Source: Zygnema circumcarinatum SAG 698-1b (taxonomy: Eukaryota; Plantae; Zygnematophyceae). Taken from it: DNA of 64,000 nucleotides. This document shows positions 12,001-22,382 of the stretch, one piece after another (position 1 is the first letter of the stretch; the number at the start of each line of letters is the position of its first letter). Position numbers and translations under genes: made by a program. A model generated the notes under the pieces. It did not search any database, was not told the DNA's origin, and was given only the letters and a program-made list of their open reading frames with translations. The stretch spans positions 372,001 to 436,000 of the forward strand of contig CM074808.1 in assembly GCA_037447605.1 (NCBI GenBank), given 5' to 3'.

Positions 12001-12394
12001 TTTGAGTGGCTTGAACAGGGGGAGGGGAGGGTGTGGTGGAAAAGGTTTTGCAAGGTGGGATTTAGGGGGACATTTAGGGTTCAAGGGTTCAGAGTAGTGG
12101 TGGTCGCAAGAGCCCTAAAACCCCATAGAGCTTTCAGCCCTTGAATGCCCTGAGGACCCTTAAATTCTGCATGAATGAAAACCCTAAGAAACGTTGAGCA
12201 ATTGGAAGACGCTGATGCTGTGGCGCTGAACCCTACAAAAAGAATTTGGATAAGTTCAAAACCCTGCAATGTACCCTCGAAGAAACCCTAAAACCCTAAT
12301 CTGCTCTAATCCCCCTGGAACCTGTCCAAGATGCTTGAAACCCAGTCCAGGTTCAATGAACTTACTCCCTCGCCTCGATGCCGAAGGTCGTCAT
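5206..12394 (-). CDS. SMU1: WD40 spliceosomal protein SMU1 (LisH/CTLH + WD40)
   Basis: About 15 GT-AG exons: [10 protein letters not shown]|[12 protein letters not shown]...LQDLYEQ|[20 protein letters not shown]...YFDPKE|[16 protein letters not shown]|..[22 protein letters not shown]|[13 protein letters not shown]|FGKKSHPE..|[21 protein letters not shown]|[15 protein letters not shown]|[32 protein letters not shown]. Confidence 0.97.
10780..11440. repeat. ~660-bp pure pyrimidine (CCCT/CCT-type) tract in SMU1 intron 2 (G/A-rich on the sense strand)
   Basis: Almost exclusively C and T on the + strand. It is the source of the spurious poly-Pro and poly-Gly ORFs in the track. Confidence 0.95.
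11680..11985. repeat. GGGA/GGA-rich tract in SMU1 intron 1 (C/T-rich on the sense strand)
   Basis: (GGGA)n runs, most regular at ~11860-11985. Confidence 0.9.
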
Positions 12395-12555
12395 GGCGCC
12401 TCTCCCCTCCGCGTAGCGCCGGAAGACGAGGTTTAGGGTTCAGCGCCTCCCCCTCTGTGTTACATCTGCATAAGGTTTAGGGTTTCGGGGTTTCCTTGCA
12501 GGGTTCAGAACCGCACTGTTTTCTGTTTTAGGGTTTGGTCGCAAACCCTAAAACT
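12110..12555. promoter_or_regulatory. Telobox (AAACCCTA) cluster in SMU1 intron 1 and promoter
   Basis: Multiple AAACCCTA / TAGGGTTT copies around the SMU1 start codon. Teloboxes are established in plant promoters of translation and RNA-processing genes. Confidence 0.65.
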
Positions 12556-13829
12556 TCATCAGAGAGAGGGCAAATGTAACGCGGCATGTAGATCGGCGCG
12601 TGTAACTGAGAGGGAACGGGACGGGTCGGAATGAAAAACACGTGTACGGTATGCTCAGATTCAAACCCTGCTTTCAGTTCGACTAGAAAACGGTGAACGG
12701 AACCACGACATGGAAACGCATGAAAATGTGCCCAATCACAGATTTATGCGACGCGTGCGAAAAAGCCCTAGAGCAGTTTTGGCCGCCCCATGAACATGAA
12801 ACTCTCAAAGCCATCTTTTTGTGCAGAGACCTTTTGGGGAAGGTTGGTTCCTTGTGGTTCCCCATGTTGGTCTTTGTGCATTGGCATGCGATGGCATGGC
12901 CATAACACAATTTGGCGACGTTCGCTAAACTCGGTAGCGAGCGAAGCGAGCGCCGTACTCATTGAAATGAAAATAATCGACGCCTGTGATTTCGTCACCC
13001 TTGAGTGGTTTGCTTGGCTCGAAGTGGTATTAGATTGATTGTGGCAAACGTAATTGACACAAATATCCAATAAATCCAAACAAACCCTTGTTTGTTATAA
13101 TCGAAAATGTAATGCAGAGCAAGGCCAATTCATGTTCTCAAGAACATGGGTGTAACGGAAGGCAGGCAGGGGCGGCATACTGTAGTAAGAGCTCCCGTAC
13201 GTCATGCTTAGCGTTGAAGGTTCAAACTTTCAAAAATGATAAGTTTAAAGTACGCATTTGAGAAGTACCAAAATTGGTCATTCCAAAGAGTAGAAGGCCT
13301 CCCCCCCATTCAAAAGTGAAGTGCTCTCGCCGCCCTGCAACGTGACCTATCATCATCTTTCTCATAGTAAACACTGTTTCAGAAAAATAAGGCCTCCAAG
13401 GCTGACTCCCATATTCGTTGTTATACATATACTAAATTGAATTAAATCGCCGGGTTTGGGTCCGACTGAACTCTCAACCACAATTGACCAACACGGACCA
13501 GTCATGGCGACATGATCATCAAACAAGATCTAGCATATCACAAAAACGAGCTGAAAGCTCTCACTTCTACCAATGCTTTCGTTCCTAACTCTTAACAATA
13601 TGCAATTCAGTCCATTACTGTACCCTCACAGCAGACAGGTTCGTGTGAAACCAAGTGTTTCCCCCTCCCTCATCATACCCTCTTCTTTTATCCTCCGTCT
13701 ATACCCCACCCTCAAATCAACACCCCACCAGCAGGATTTTGCTTTCCCTGTACATCTCCATACCCGGATACTTTCGATACAGCAACGCCCAAAAAGTAGG
13801 AAATCCTCCAATCTCGCTCACTACCAAAC

Positions 13830-14000
13830 CCTCTCCCTCTCCCTCTCCCTCTCCCTCTCCCTCTCCCTCTCCTCTCCCTCTCCCTCTCCCTCTCCCTCTC
13901 CCTCTCCCTCTCCCTCTCCCTCTCCCTCTCCCTCTCTCTCTCTCTCTCCCTCTCCCTCTCCCTCTCCCTCTCCCTCTCCCTCTCCCTCTCCCTCTCTCTC
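13830..14000. repeat. (CTCTCC)n hexamer microsatellite
   Basis: Near-perfect CTCTCC tandem array, just downstream of the stop codon of the minus-strand membrane-protein gene. Confidence 0.9.
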
Positions 14001-14010
14001 TCCACCCCCC

Positions 14011-14465
14011 CTACTTCGCTCCCTGCGCCGGCACTGGAGGATTTCCGCTTGGAGCATTTGTTGGATTAAACCCATCGGTGGGTTGCCCTTGACCATAGGA
14101 AGGAGGATATGGATACTGTCCGTACGTTTGGTAGTTCCCTCCTCCTTGTTGTTGTTGTTGCTGCTGTTGGGGGTATGCGCCATAGCCTCCTCCATATGTT
14201 GGGTACATCTGAATATTCCTCTGCTGCTCTCTATAAGCCTTCATATAACGCGCTCGCTTTATAGAGAGAAGAACACAGAGGAGGAGGAGGGAGAGGCCCG
14301 CGAGACATATGAGAAAAATCGACCACCAGCTTAGCCTGTAGTCTCGGTGGCAGTAGAGGCCGTAGTAGTAGCAGTAGTAGGAGTCGGAGTAAACCGCCGT
14401 ATTGGAGAGAGGAGCAGGAGCAAGGGCTACGTCTGCCAGCTTTCGGCCGGTTAAGAGAGAGACAC
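14011..14465 (-). CDS. Last coding exon of a single-pass membrane protein with a Tyr/Pro/Gln-rich tail (upstream exon not resolved)
   Basis: After the acceptor gcgcag| (14466) there is one open frame: (G)[125 protein letters not shown]...AK*. The hydrophobic segment is followed by KRAR (positive-inside). Confidence 0.8.
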
Positions 14466-15709
14466 CTGCGCATGCGAGGGTGGGAGAGAGAGTGAGGGAG
14501 GGAGGGGGGAGAGAGAGAGAGAACGAGACAGTAGTGGGGGTGAGGGAGAACGGTGGAGTGGGAGGGGAAGACGAGGTAGGGAGAGGGAGGAGAGAATAGA
14601 GAGAGTCGGAGGATAGTCAGGAAGGGAGGAAGAGAGGGATAGACGAGAGGAGAGAGGATGGTGCGAGGAGGGTAGTTCAGGAAGCTGTGTGAGCTAAGCA
14701 TAAAGTAGAAGCACACGTGTAATCACAGTAGTCACAAATCATTTTTGTATTTGAACCACGCCAATCAGTCGCATCGTGAAATAGCTCTCGAGAGGGAAGC
14801 GTAAATGAGGGGGAAGTAGCGAACAGAGAGAGAGAGATCGAGGAGTGGGGAGGGACGAGGAAGGGTAGGAAGGGGAAGTGAAAAGCAGTCGATGGATCGA
14901 AGGAGCTGGAGGGGGAGGAGTAAAGGGCCGATCCAAACAGAGAAAAAAGAGTGGAGCGGAATAGCGGTAGTTAGAGAACTGGAGGACGACAGGCGGGAGA
15001 GGGAAAGCGAAAGAAGAGAGGGAGAGGGAGAGGGAGAGGAGAGGGAGAGAGATACAGAGAGAGTGGGCGAGAGAGAGAGAGAGGGGGAGCGAGAGAGGGA
15101 GAGAGCGAGGGACCCGCTACAAGGTCATTGTTCTATCAAACGACTAAAGCAACAAGAGGTAACAGCGCGTGCAGAAACCAATCATGTATTTAACTGAAGA
15201 CATGCACAAATATTTCTTCCAGTATCGTCCAATCAACTCCACAGAACGTTAAAAATATTGTTCAAAAACAAAAATATTTATTCCCCTATTCTCTCCTTTT
15301 ACAAACAAACGTAATAATTGAAGCCTGAAAATTTTAACAACGAGCGGTCCAGAGCAAAGACCCACTCTGGAAGTTTGCCATGGCCGCCATCGCTCTGTCC
15401 TCCGTCCCTCCCTCCGCCTCTCTCCCTCCGCCTCTCTCCCTCCGCCTCTCTCCCTCCGCCTCTCTCCCTCCGCCTCTCTCCTCCCTCCCTCCGCTTCTCT
15501 CCCTCCGCCTCTCTCCTCCCTCCCTCCACCCCTCTCCTCCCTTCCTCCCTCCGCTGCAACAAACTCTTTATCTCCCTCGCCCATTGGGCCCATTTGGGTC
15601 CTGAACATCATGGCCCATCTACTGCTCCATGTACCAGTTACGTTGAATGCCACGGAACAGCGCAAGAACGTTCTTCCGTGTTGGGACGACCGTCGCGCAA
15701 GCTCCATAC

Positions 15710-15967
15710 GCCACGTGGCAGTGGCCAGCAATCGTTGACTGTGGTTCTGCCACGTGGCAATCTTGTCGTTCGTGTTGTTAAGGACCAGGCTCCACATGGC
15801 GCCATCGGACGCCGCCACGTCTTAAAATTTGAGTGACGTGGACAGCTAGGGCTTTAAATCTGCCACGCTGCGTGATTTGATTTGCGGACGTTTGAAATGA
15901 GGTCAATTGACCAAGATTTTATCGAGCGGTTTGTCGTTTTATGGGACCCTTTTTGTCAGGACGTGGC
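15710..15967. promoter_or_regulatory. G-box/ABRE cluster
   Basis: GCCACGTGGC at 15710 and 15749, GCCACGTC at 15814, TGACGTGG at 15834, GACGTGGC at 15960, in the divergent intergenic region between the membrane-protein gene and LCIB. Confidence 0.55.
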
Positions 15968-16024
15968 GGGCCACGGGGCCCACGGCGAGTACGGTACGGT
16001 ATTTTGAAAAAAATCGTGTTCCGC

Positions 16025-16446
16025 TCGATAAAGTCGCATTAGCTGGACAGACACAGACCTCGTATAGTCACGAGAAGCCTCCCCACTCCCCAGTGGTTCG
16101 GTCATTCGGGATCATCTTGATAAAGTCAAAAGCGCTGAATCTTTCTGTAAAGTCACATGTTATTTCTGCTGTCAGAATCTTGACAAGCAGTGTCAAAAGA
16201 TATTTATGGCCATCTGATTAAGTCACATGTGACCTTTTTGCTGCCCGGGTCGTTGAAAGAGTTTTTCAAGGAGTCTCAATAAAGTAAACGATCGTTAGTT
16301 TCCAGTCGCGACTTTCTCGATAAAGTTAAACGAGAGAGATATTAATATGAAACTCGTACCATACCATGACCATATTTTCTATAAAGTCACACGAGATATC
16401 CTCAATTCCTCTTATGAACTGACCACCCAAATGTCTCGATAAAGTC
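16025..16446 (+). repeat. Eight same-orientation copies of a (C/T)GATAAAGTCA-like motif
   Basis: Copies start near 16025, 16117, 16145, 16216, 16276, 16317, 16378 and 16436. Confidence 0.75.
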
Positions 16447-17405
16447 AACTCAAGCTCCCTTCAAGGGTACGCCTCTGTGAGGGCAGAGCAGGCAAGAGGG
16501 CCCCTCCAACTCACTCATTCTGAACGCCGGCAGCATAGAGGGGCCATATTGTGGAGCTTTTGGATATTCCCAGAAAATGCAGAATACAATTCTAATACGG
16601 GTACATGCTTTCTAGTTACAATTTAAATGTTTGAATCGAATCCGAAAGTCAGTGTATGTGTTTGATATAGATCTTGAAGCGCATTGACAGGCGGCGCTAC
16701 TGAGCAGAAGAGGAGGGGGCAGGCCTGCTGCAGAGGGCGATGGAGCAGGCGCCACCTGTCACTCTCTCATTCGACATTCAGAGAGCAGGCGAAGGAATAG
16801 AATTCGTCACAGATGCGCTCGAATTGTAGCAGGAGCGGCGATCTGAGCTACAACACGTGGCAAGCACTTGGCCTCCGTCAGGGGAAGGGAGGGAGGGAGG
16901 GAGGGAGGGAGGGAGGGAGGGCGGAGGGAGACAGCTGGGAGGGAGGGAGAGTGGGATGGATGGATGGAGGGAGGGAGGAATGGAGGGAGGAGGGAAGGGG
17001 AGGAGAGAGGGAGACAGAAAGGATTGGGGGGGGTGGATGGGAGAGAGCATGCCTTTTGCATCCCACCAGCAAGATTTGAGCTGCTGTGTCTTCACCGAGC
17101 CTTGAGTCTTCTAACCTTCCCTAGCCTTGAAGAACTCCTGGCAATGACTCTTTATCTAGATCGTAACCCTAATGCTAACCCTAACCTCAATTCGAATTAC
17201 AAACCCAACCTATACCCTGATCCTTAGCATTTCCTTAATTTTATCCCTCTCCGATATTTAACTCTAGCCGCAACCCTGACCCTACCTCTAACTCTAAATC
17301 GAAACTAATCTTTGCTTTAGCTTTTAACTCTTTTCTCTAGCTCTAACGTTAAACCTAATCCTTCTCCTAACCTTACCTCCATAACCCCAAAGTGATAACT
17401 TGCAG

Positions 17406-20400
17406 AAGGATTTGCCTCCACTCTCACTGTGGAGTTTGCAGGTCCACTCCTCCCACTACGGAGGGAAACTCTTCTCTCCGGGCAGCGGTGGGAGTCTCTC
17501 TCCTTGCCGCTGCCGGAGCAGCTCTCTACTTCTATGGAGGAGGTGCTACATCATTAATTTCCACCTTTTATCCAACATATTTTTCCAGATCAAGACAAAA
17601 ACCGAGTAGCCGAATGCCTCGCGCAGTGTCTGAGGTAAGTCTACTATTTTTTCTTTAAAAATTTTGTTCTTCAAAAAAAATCGCAGTTTTGCGGAGTTTC
17701 GGCTTGTCGGTCGAAGGTGGAGTTTGAAGTTCGCTCAAGGGAGGGAGGAAGCTTTGCCATTTCTCCTTTTTTCTATGCAGGCGGCTCCGGCAGCAATGAA
17801 GACAATTGCGCAACATTTTCCTAATTCTATGCAGGACGAAATTTTTGTAGATTCCGTTGCCAGGGAGCTTTTTAAGTTTGGATTTAGCAGGTGAGTGCAT
17901 CGATATGTTACAAAACGAAAGAAAATCTCTCTCTCTCTCTCCCTCTCCCACTCTCTCTGACTCCCTCTCTCCTCCCTTCTCACTCTCTTCTCTCTCCACT
18001 TTCTCCCCTCCCGCTCCTCCTTCCACCATACATCTCTTCTGCAACATTCCAATGAGAAGAGCAATGTTTTGAAATCGCTTCCTCTTTAAATGTATCTAAT
18101 TTCTCAACTAACGTACAAATATTCCATTTTAGAAATAATGTTGAAACGTATCTCTGGGGTGGAAACAAGTCAATTAAATTTCACGTAAAGTAGTCAAGTA
18201 AATTTCACTATTCGATTAAAACTTTTCTTACGGGGTCTAACAATGCAGGGAGAACTGCATAGCTCTCGTCAACACATGCAGAGATGAAGTGAGTTTCTTT
18301 CACTTTTCCGCACAACCCCAAACCCTTAGTGAAGATAACCCAACTTCTGCCTTCTAAACCCGTCTTTATACAAAGCCTCAATCCCAACCCCTCTGTAACT
18401 GCAATTCTCCTGTAAGTCAGTTTCCTGAAACCCTAATCTGAACCCTCCAATCAACTTCCATGTACTACTACCCTATGTGCTTGTTCATCATCTACAGTTT
18501 TCATTTCACACTTAGTACTCTCACTTTCATTCAACCATCTCCCATTCAAACATTAAACTCTATTTTCAACATGTAGATTTTCAATTTCGCACTTCGTGCT
18601 TGCTTTTTCAAAAACTTTTCAGGTGTGCCGCCCGCTCGCCTCTTACATTGACCAGAAATTCGGGTTTTCTTTCAACATCGCGGGGCTGGGCGGGCTCGTC
18701 AATTGCGGGAAGACGGGGCTGAGGGCGGGAATGTCGCACAGCCCTGAGTTTCCATGTGATGTGGACGGCCGCCCTCGTGAGAGATGTCAGTTTGAGCCTC
18801 TCTATCGCCCTCCCTCCCTCCCTCCCTCCCTCCGTCTCCCTCCCTCTCTCTCTCCCTCTCCCTCTCTCCCTTCCCCACTTTCTCTCTCTCGCTCTGTCGC
18901 GAACTCTCCCTCCTCGCTGTCTGCACCGCATCCACTTCTTGGCTCCTTCTGGGTTTCACTTCCCACTCTTGCTGTCCTTCTCCTCTCCACTTATTCTCTC
19001 TCTCTCTCTCACACACACTCTCTCTCTTCACTCCCAAAGCTCCCTCGTTCACCTCTGCCCTTCCTCGTCTTCCCCTTCTCTCTCGCCCCTCCACCTTTCC
19101 CCACTCGCACTCTCTCACCCCTCTCTCCCCTTGGCACGATCAACTTCCAATATGAATACCTACGCTCTGTCTACCAACGCATCCAAGCCAACAGCCTTTG
19201 TAACTCCTAACGATTATGTCATTTATATTTTTATTATTATTATTTTACATTTTTCTGCAGACGTATTTTTCGCATTTCCGCATGTGTCCGTTGGTGAGAC
19301 GGGCGAAATTGGATCCCTTCTGCGGCGCGGCCGGGGAAAGCCCTCGTATGCTTGCGGAGCACTCATTGCAATTAAAAATGATGCAAAGAGAGGGGCAGAG
19401 GTAGAGGATGACGAGTTTGATTCTGAGTACATTACACTGAAAAGGAAGGTTCTCTCAAATGTGAGTCTCTCTCTCTCTCTGTCTGTCTCTCTCTCTTCTC
19501 CCCCAATGTCCCTCTCCTTCTCCTTCCACTTTGTTCATTCCCCTTCTCGCTCCCTATCTCTGTCCTCCCTCCCTCCCTCCCTCCCTCCCTGCCTCCCTCC
19601 TCCTCTGCTCTCCCTGTGCAAAACTGAAATTAGGGTTTCTGTCATGTATTGCTCTAGGAATCCTGCAGGAATTGTGGTAAAGAAGGGCCGAGTCTGGTGA
19701 CGATCACAGAGACTGCTCTGCAGGTCCGCTTTCCAAACCCTAATTTCACGTCTTTCTCCGTAAATTAACCATCAACTTTCATGCCTATCTTTGAAGCCTT
19801 ATCCCGAACGCTAACCTTAAACTTTGATCCGAACCCTATTCCCTGAACTAGGAACCCTAAAAGATTCTGGAAGTCCAAAAATGGCTGATGGAAAAATGTG
19901 GTTGTGTTTAAAAATTGGTCGTAATGTGGTAAGGTGTCTGGTTGAGGATCGGTTAAAAACTATTCATTTGCAGATATTTTTTTTTACAGGTCATCACTCA
20001 TGATATTGAAGATCTGATCAGTAGAACGGTCGATCCTGCCACGGCTGACTACGCAGTCATCACCGGAATTCAAATTCACTCTGGAAATCAGGTATGTTCT
20101 CTCTCGCTCCTCTCCCCCCCTTTCTCCCTCCACATGCCTTCCCACTCCATTCTCTTTTCAACTCTTCTCCCTTCTCGCTCCCACTCTCTCTCCCCCATTT
20201 TTTTTCTTTCTTTTCCACTCCTGCTCCCTCACTTGCCCCCTCCTCCCCCCCCCCGCACCCCACTTCTTCCTTCTATCTCCCTCTCACCCCCTCCCAACAT
20301 CTCTGCCCCCTCTTACCTTCCGCCTGCCGCTCCTGTTTCATCCCTCGACCTCCCCTAACTCTCTCACTTCCCATCTCCCCCTCTCTCCCCCCCCTTCTCT

Positions 20401-20771
20401 TCCCCTCCCTCTCCCTCCCCCCCATCTCTCCCTCCCCCTCTCCCTCCCCCCCACCTCTCCCTCCCCCTCTCCCTCCCCCCCATCTCTCCCTCCCCCTCTC
20501 CCTCCCCCTCTCCCTCCCCCCCCCATCTCTCCCTCCCCCCCCCCTATATCTCCTTCCCCCTCTCCCTCTCCCTCTCCCTCTCCCTCTCCCTCTCCCTCTC
20601 CCTCTCCTCCCTTTCCCTGCTGCGCAGATCCCCGGCGAGCCCTTCAGACTGGACCGCACGATCGACTACATCTCCCCCGGCGCGATGTATGCCGTCATCC
20701 GCGGGAGGCGCTATGGGATGCGCCCCCGCAAGGGGGGGATGGCGCTGGAGGCTTTGAGGGCATCGTTCTAA
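17406..20771 (+). CDS. LCIB: LCIB/LCIC-family (theta-type carbonic anhydrase-like) protein; 5' end uncertain
   Basis: Exons give MPRAVSE|AAPAAMKTIAQHFPNSM..FGFSR|ENCIALVNTCRDE (18249-18288)|VCRPLASYIDQKFGFSFNIAGLGGLVNCGKTGLRAGMSHSPEFPCDVDGRPRER (18623-18785)|YVFFAFPHVSVGETGEIGSLLRRGRGKPSYACGALIAI|..|VITHDIEDLISRTVDPATADYAVITGIQIHSGNQ|IPGEPFRLDRTIDYISPG... The Cys (CRDE), His (FPH) and Cys (ACG) Zn-ligand motifs are present. Confidence 0.92.
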
Positions 20772-21429
20772 AGATTATAAGGGGAGGGGGAGGGGGAGGG
20801 GTTCAGGATTGGGTATGTTGACAAACTGTATAGGTTTGCAGGGTGCAAGTGGCGAACATCGCTTTGCATTTAGGTTTAGGGGTTTCAATCTTAGCAGAAT
20901 CCTGTTACTACGGAATTCAAAATTTGAAGGCACGGATATGGTCAAAAGTCTTTCTGTCGATAGGGGTCAAAAACTGCAATGTTGGTGCTGTTCAAAACCT
21001 GCACCTGTCCGGTCAAAACCTGGAACCCATTTCTGTTAAACGTTCGGAATCCGTAATAAGCCGCTTGGCGAAAGGGACGCTCAAACATAAGAAAAACCTT
21101 CCGATGCAGCAGCAACATCCCTTCAGAATCTGAGTCATTTTTTTGTCATGATGTGCGCCACAGTCTGAATGGTTCCCGTGCTCAACGAACGAGGACAACA
21201 TCTCGAAAAAGGCATCTTTCGACATTTGTTTTACCTTCCTGACATTGTACAGATCACACAAATCAAGCAGTGCACACCACATGCTTACTCCAGTTTAATC
21301 ACTAATACAGTTATCGTTTGCCATTTCCCCATCTCTCCCTGCCCCCCCCCCCTTCCCTCTACCTACCACTCCTCCCCCACTTTCAATGATTTGTTATTTT
21401 TTGTATTGAATCCATAGTCACAATTTTAT

Positions 21430-21591
21430 GGTAGGGGCCGCGCAAGCGCAGGCCCCCGCTGACACAAATTATGGCGTACATCACCGGGAGTTCCGGCGTG
21501 TTAGGGATCGGGCCCGCCGTAGTGCAATGGCGCGCCCTACCCTAGGCCATCGGCCTTCCTGATCACCGATTGACCCCGCCCAGGTAAGTAT
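21430..21591 (-). ncRNA. U1: U1 spliceosomal snRNA (~162 nt)
   Basis: The reverse strand reads ATACTTACCTGGGCGGGGTCAATCGGTGATCAGGAAGGCCGATGGCCTAGG...CATTGCACT...ATAATTTGTG...GGGGGCCTGCGCTTGCGCGGCCCCTACC: 5' splice-site recognition end, U1-70K loop, U1A loop (ATTGCAC), Sm site and terminal stem IV. Confidence 0.97.
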
Positions 21592-21615
21592 ACATCGTTA
21601 TGCGCCGGCGGGCGC

Positions 21616-21658
21616 TATATGGGTTCGCCGCGCGGCCCTGCGCGACGCGTTGTGGGGG
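21616..21658 (-). promoter_or_regulatory. U1 promoter: USE-like (CCCCCACAACG) and TATA-like (CATATA) elements
   Basis: The USE-like element matches plant RTCCCACATCG imperfectly and ends at -57; the TATA-like element ends at -25. Confidence 0.55.
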
Positions 21659-21809
21659 AAACAAGGGCCGATAATATATGGATATCTGTTTGTGTAGAGG
21701 CCGTACATGAACGTACATATGTATGATAAAATTGTTCGGTTCGGTTTGTTTTGTATTGTTCGGTTCGGTTCGGTTTTTTCTTGCATTGCATTGTTCGGTT
21801 CGGTTTGAT

Positions 21810-22150
21810 ATCTGGGAGGAATGGGATCTGATACGACACGTCATTAGGCACGTGTGGAAATTTCAATGACGAGCGTTTAGTATCTGATATGGATTCGGTT
21901 ATAAGGGGCAGCTGGATCTTCAGAAAATCTGGGATTGATGAGATCTGATACGACCCGTCAGCATGCACGTGTGGAAATTTCCATGGAGAGTGTTTTTACC
22001 TGATAGGGATTTGGTTCAGGAGGAAGCTGGATCTTGAAAAAATATGGGATTGATGGAATCTGATACGACACGTCAATAGACATGTGTGAAAATTTCAATC
22101 GAGAGCGATCTGTTGATCAATTGTTATCTGATATGGATTGATCGAATCGT
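21810..22150. repeat. Three degenerate tandem copies of a ~116-bp unit
   Basis: Core ATCTGATACGAC(A/C)CGTCA at 21826, 21943 and 22058, each followed by CA(C/T)GTGTG(G/A)AAATTT. Confidence 0.85.
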
Positions 22151-22382
22151 TCAGGGGATCTTTCTAGATTTTCAAGAGCCTTGAAGCACTTTTCAGCGCC
22201 TAGGGGGAAGTCGCAACTTTGGGCCGTTCCAAGAGGTCTGCAGGGACAGTCTACAGTTTGCAGTTGTTTTTGGCTTCCTGCAATCCTGCATGCGATGTAG
22301 GTTTGCATGTTCTGATACCATGCTGTATTAGATACCATATTGGAAGGTACTTGGCAGCTGCTTTCTGATCGAGGCGATAAGA

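Noticed and set aside
10667-12144. Long poly-Pro/Gly/Glu-Arg ORFs (extensin- or formin-like), also at 6087-6692, 20094-20771, 38041-39495 and elsewhere
   Set aside because: They are translations of intronic CT/GA microsatellites, which lack stop codons by composition. Only the embedded true exons are coding.
12683-13079. Overlapping 70-100 aa ORFs (e.g. CPITDLCDACEKALEQFWPPHEHE)
   Set aside because: No recognisable domain, splice partners or consistent frame; possibly a decayed fragment.
21013-21282. ORF with faint CACTA-transposase flavour (LYNVRKVKQMSKDAFFEMLS)
   Set aside because: Too short, with no catalytic motifs or TIRs.
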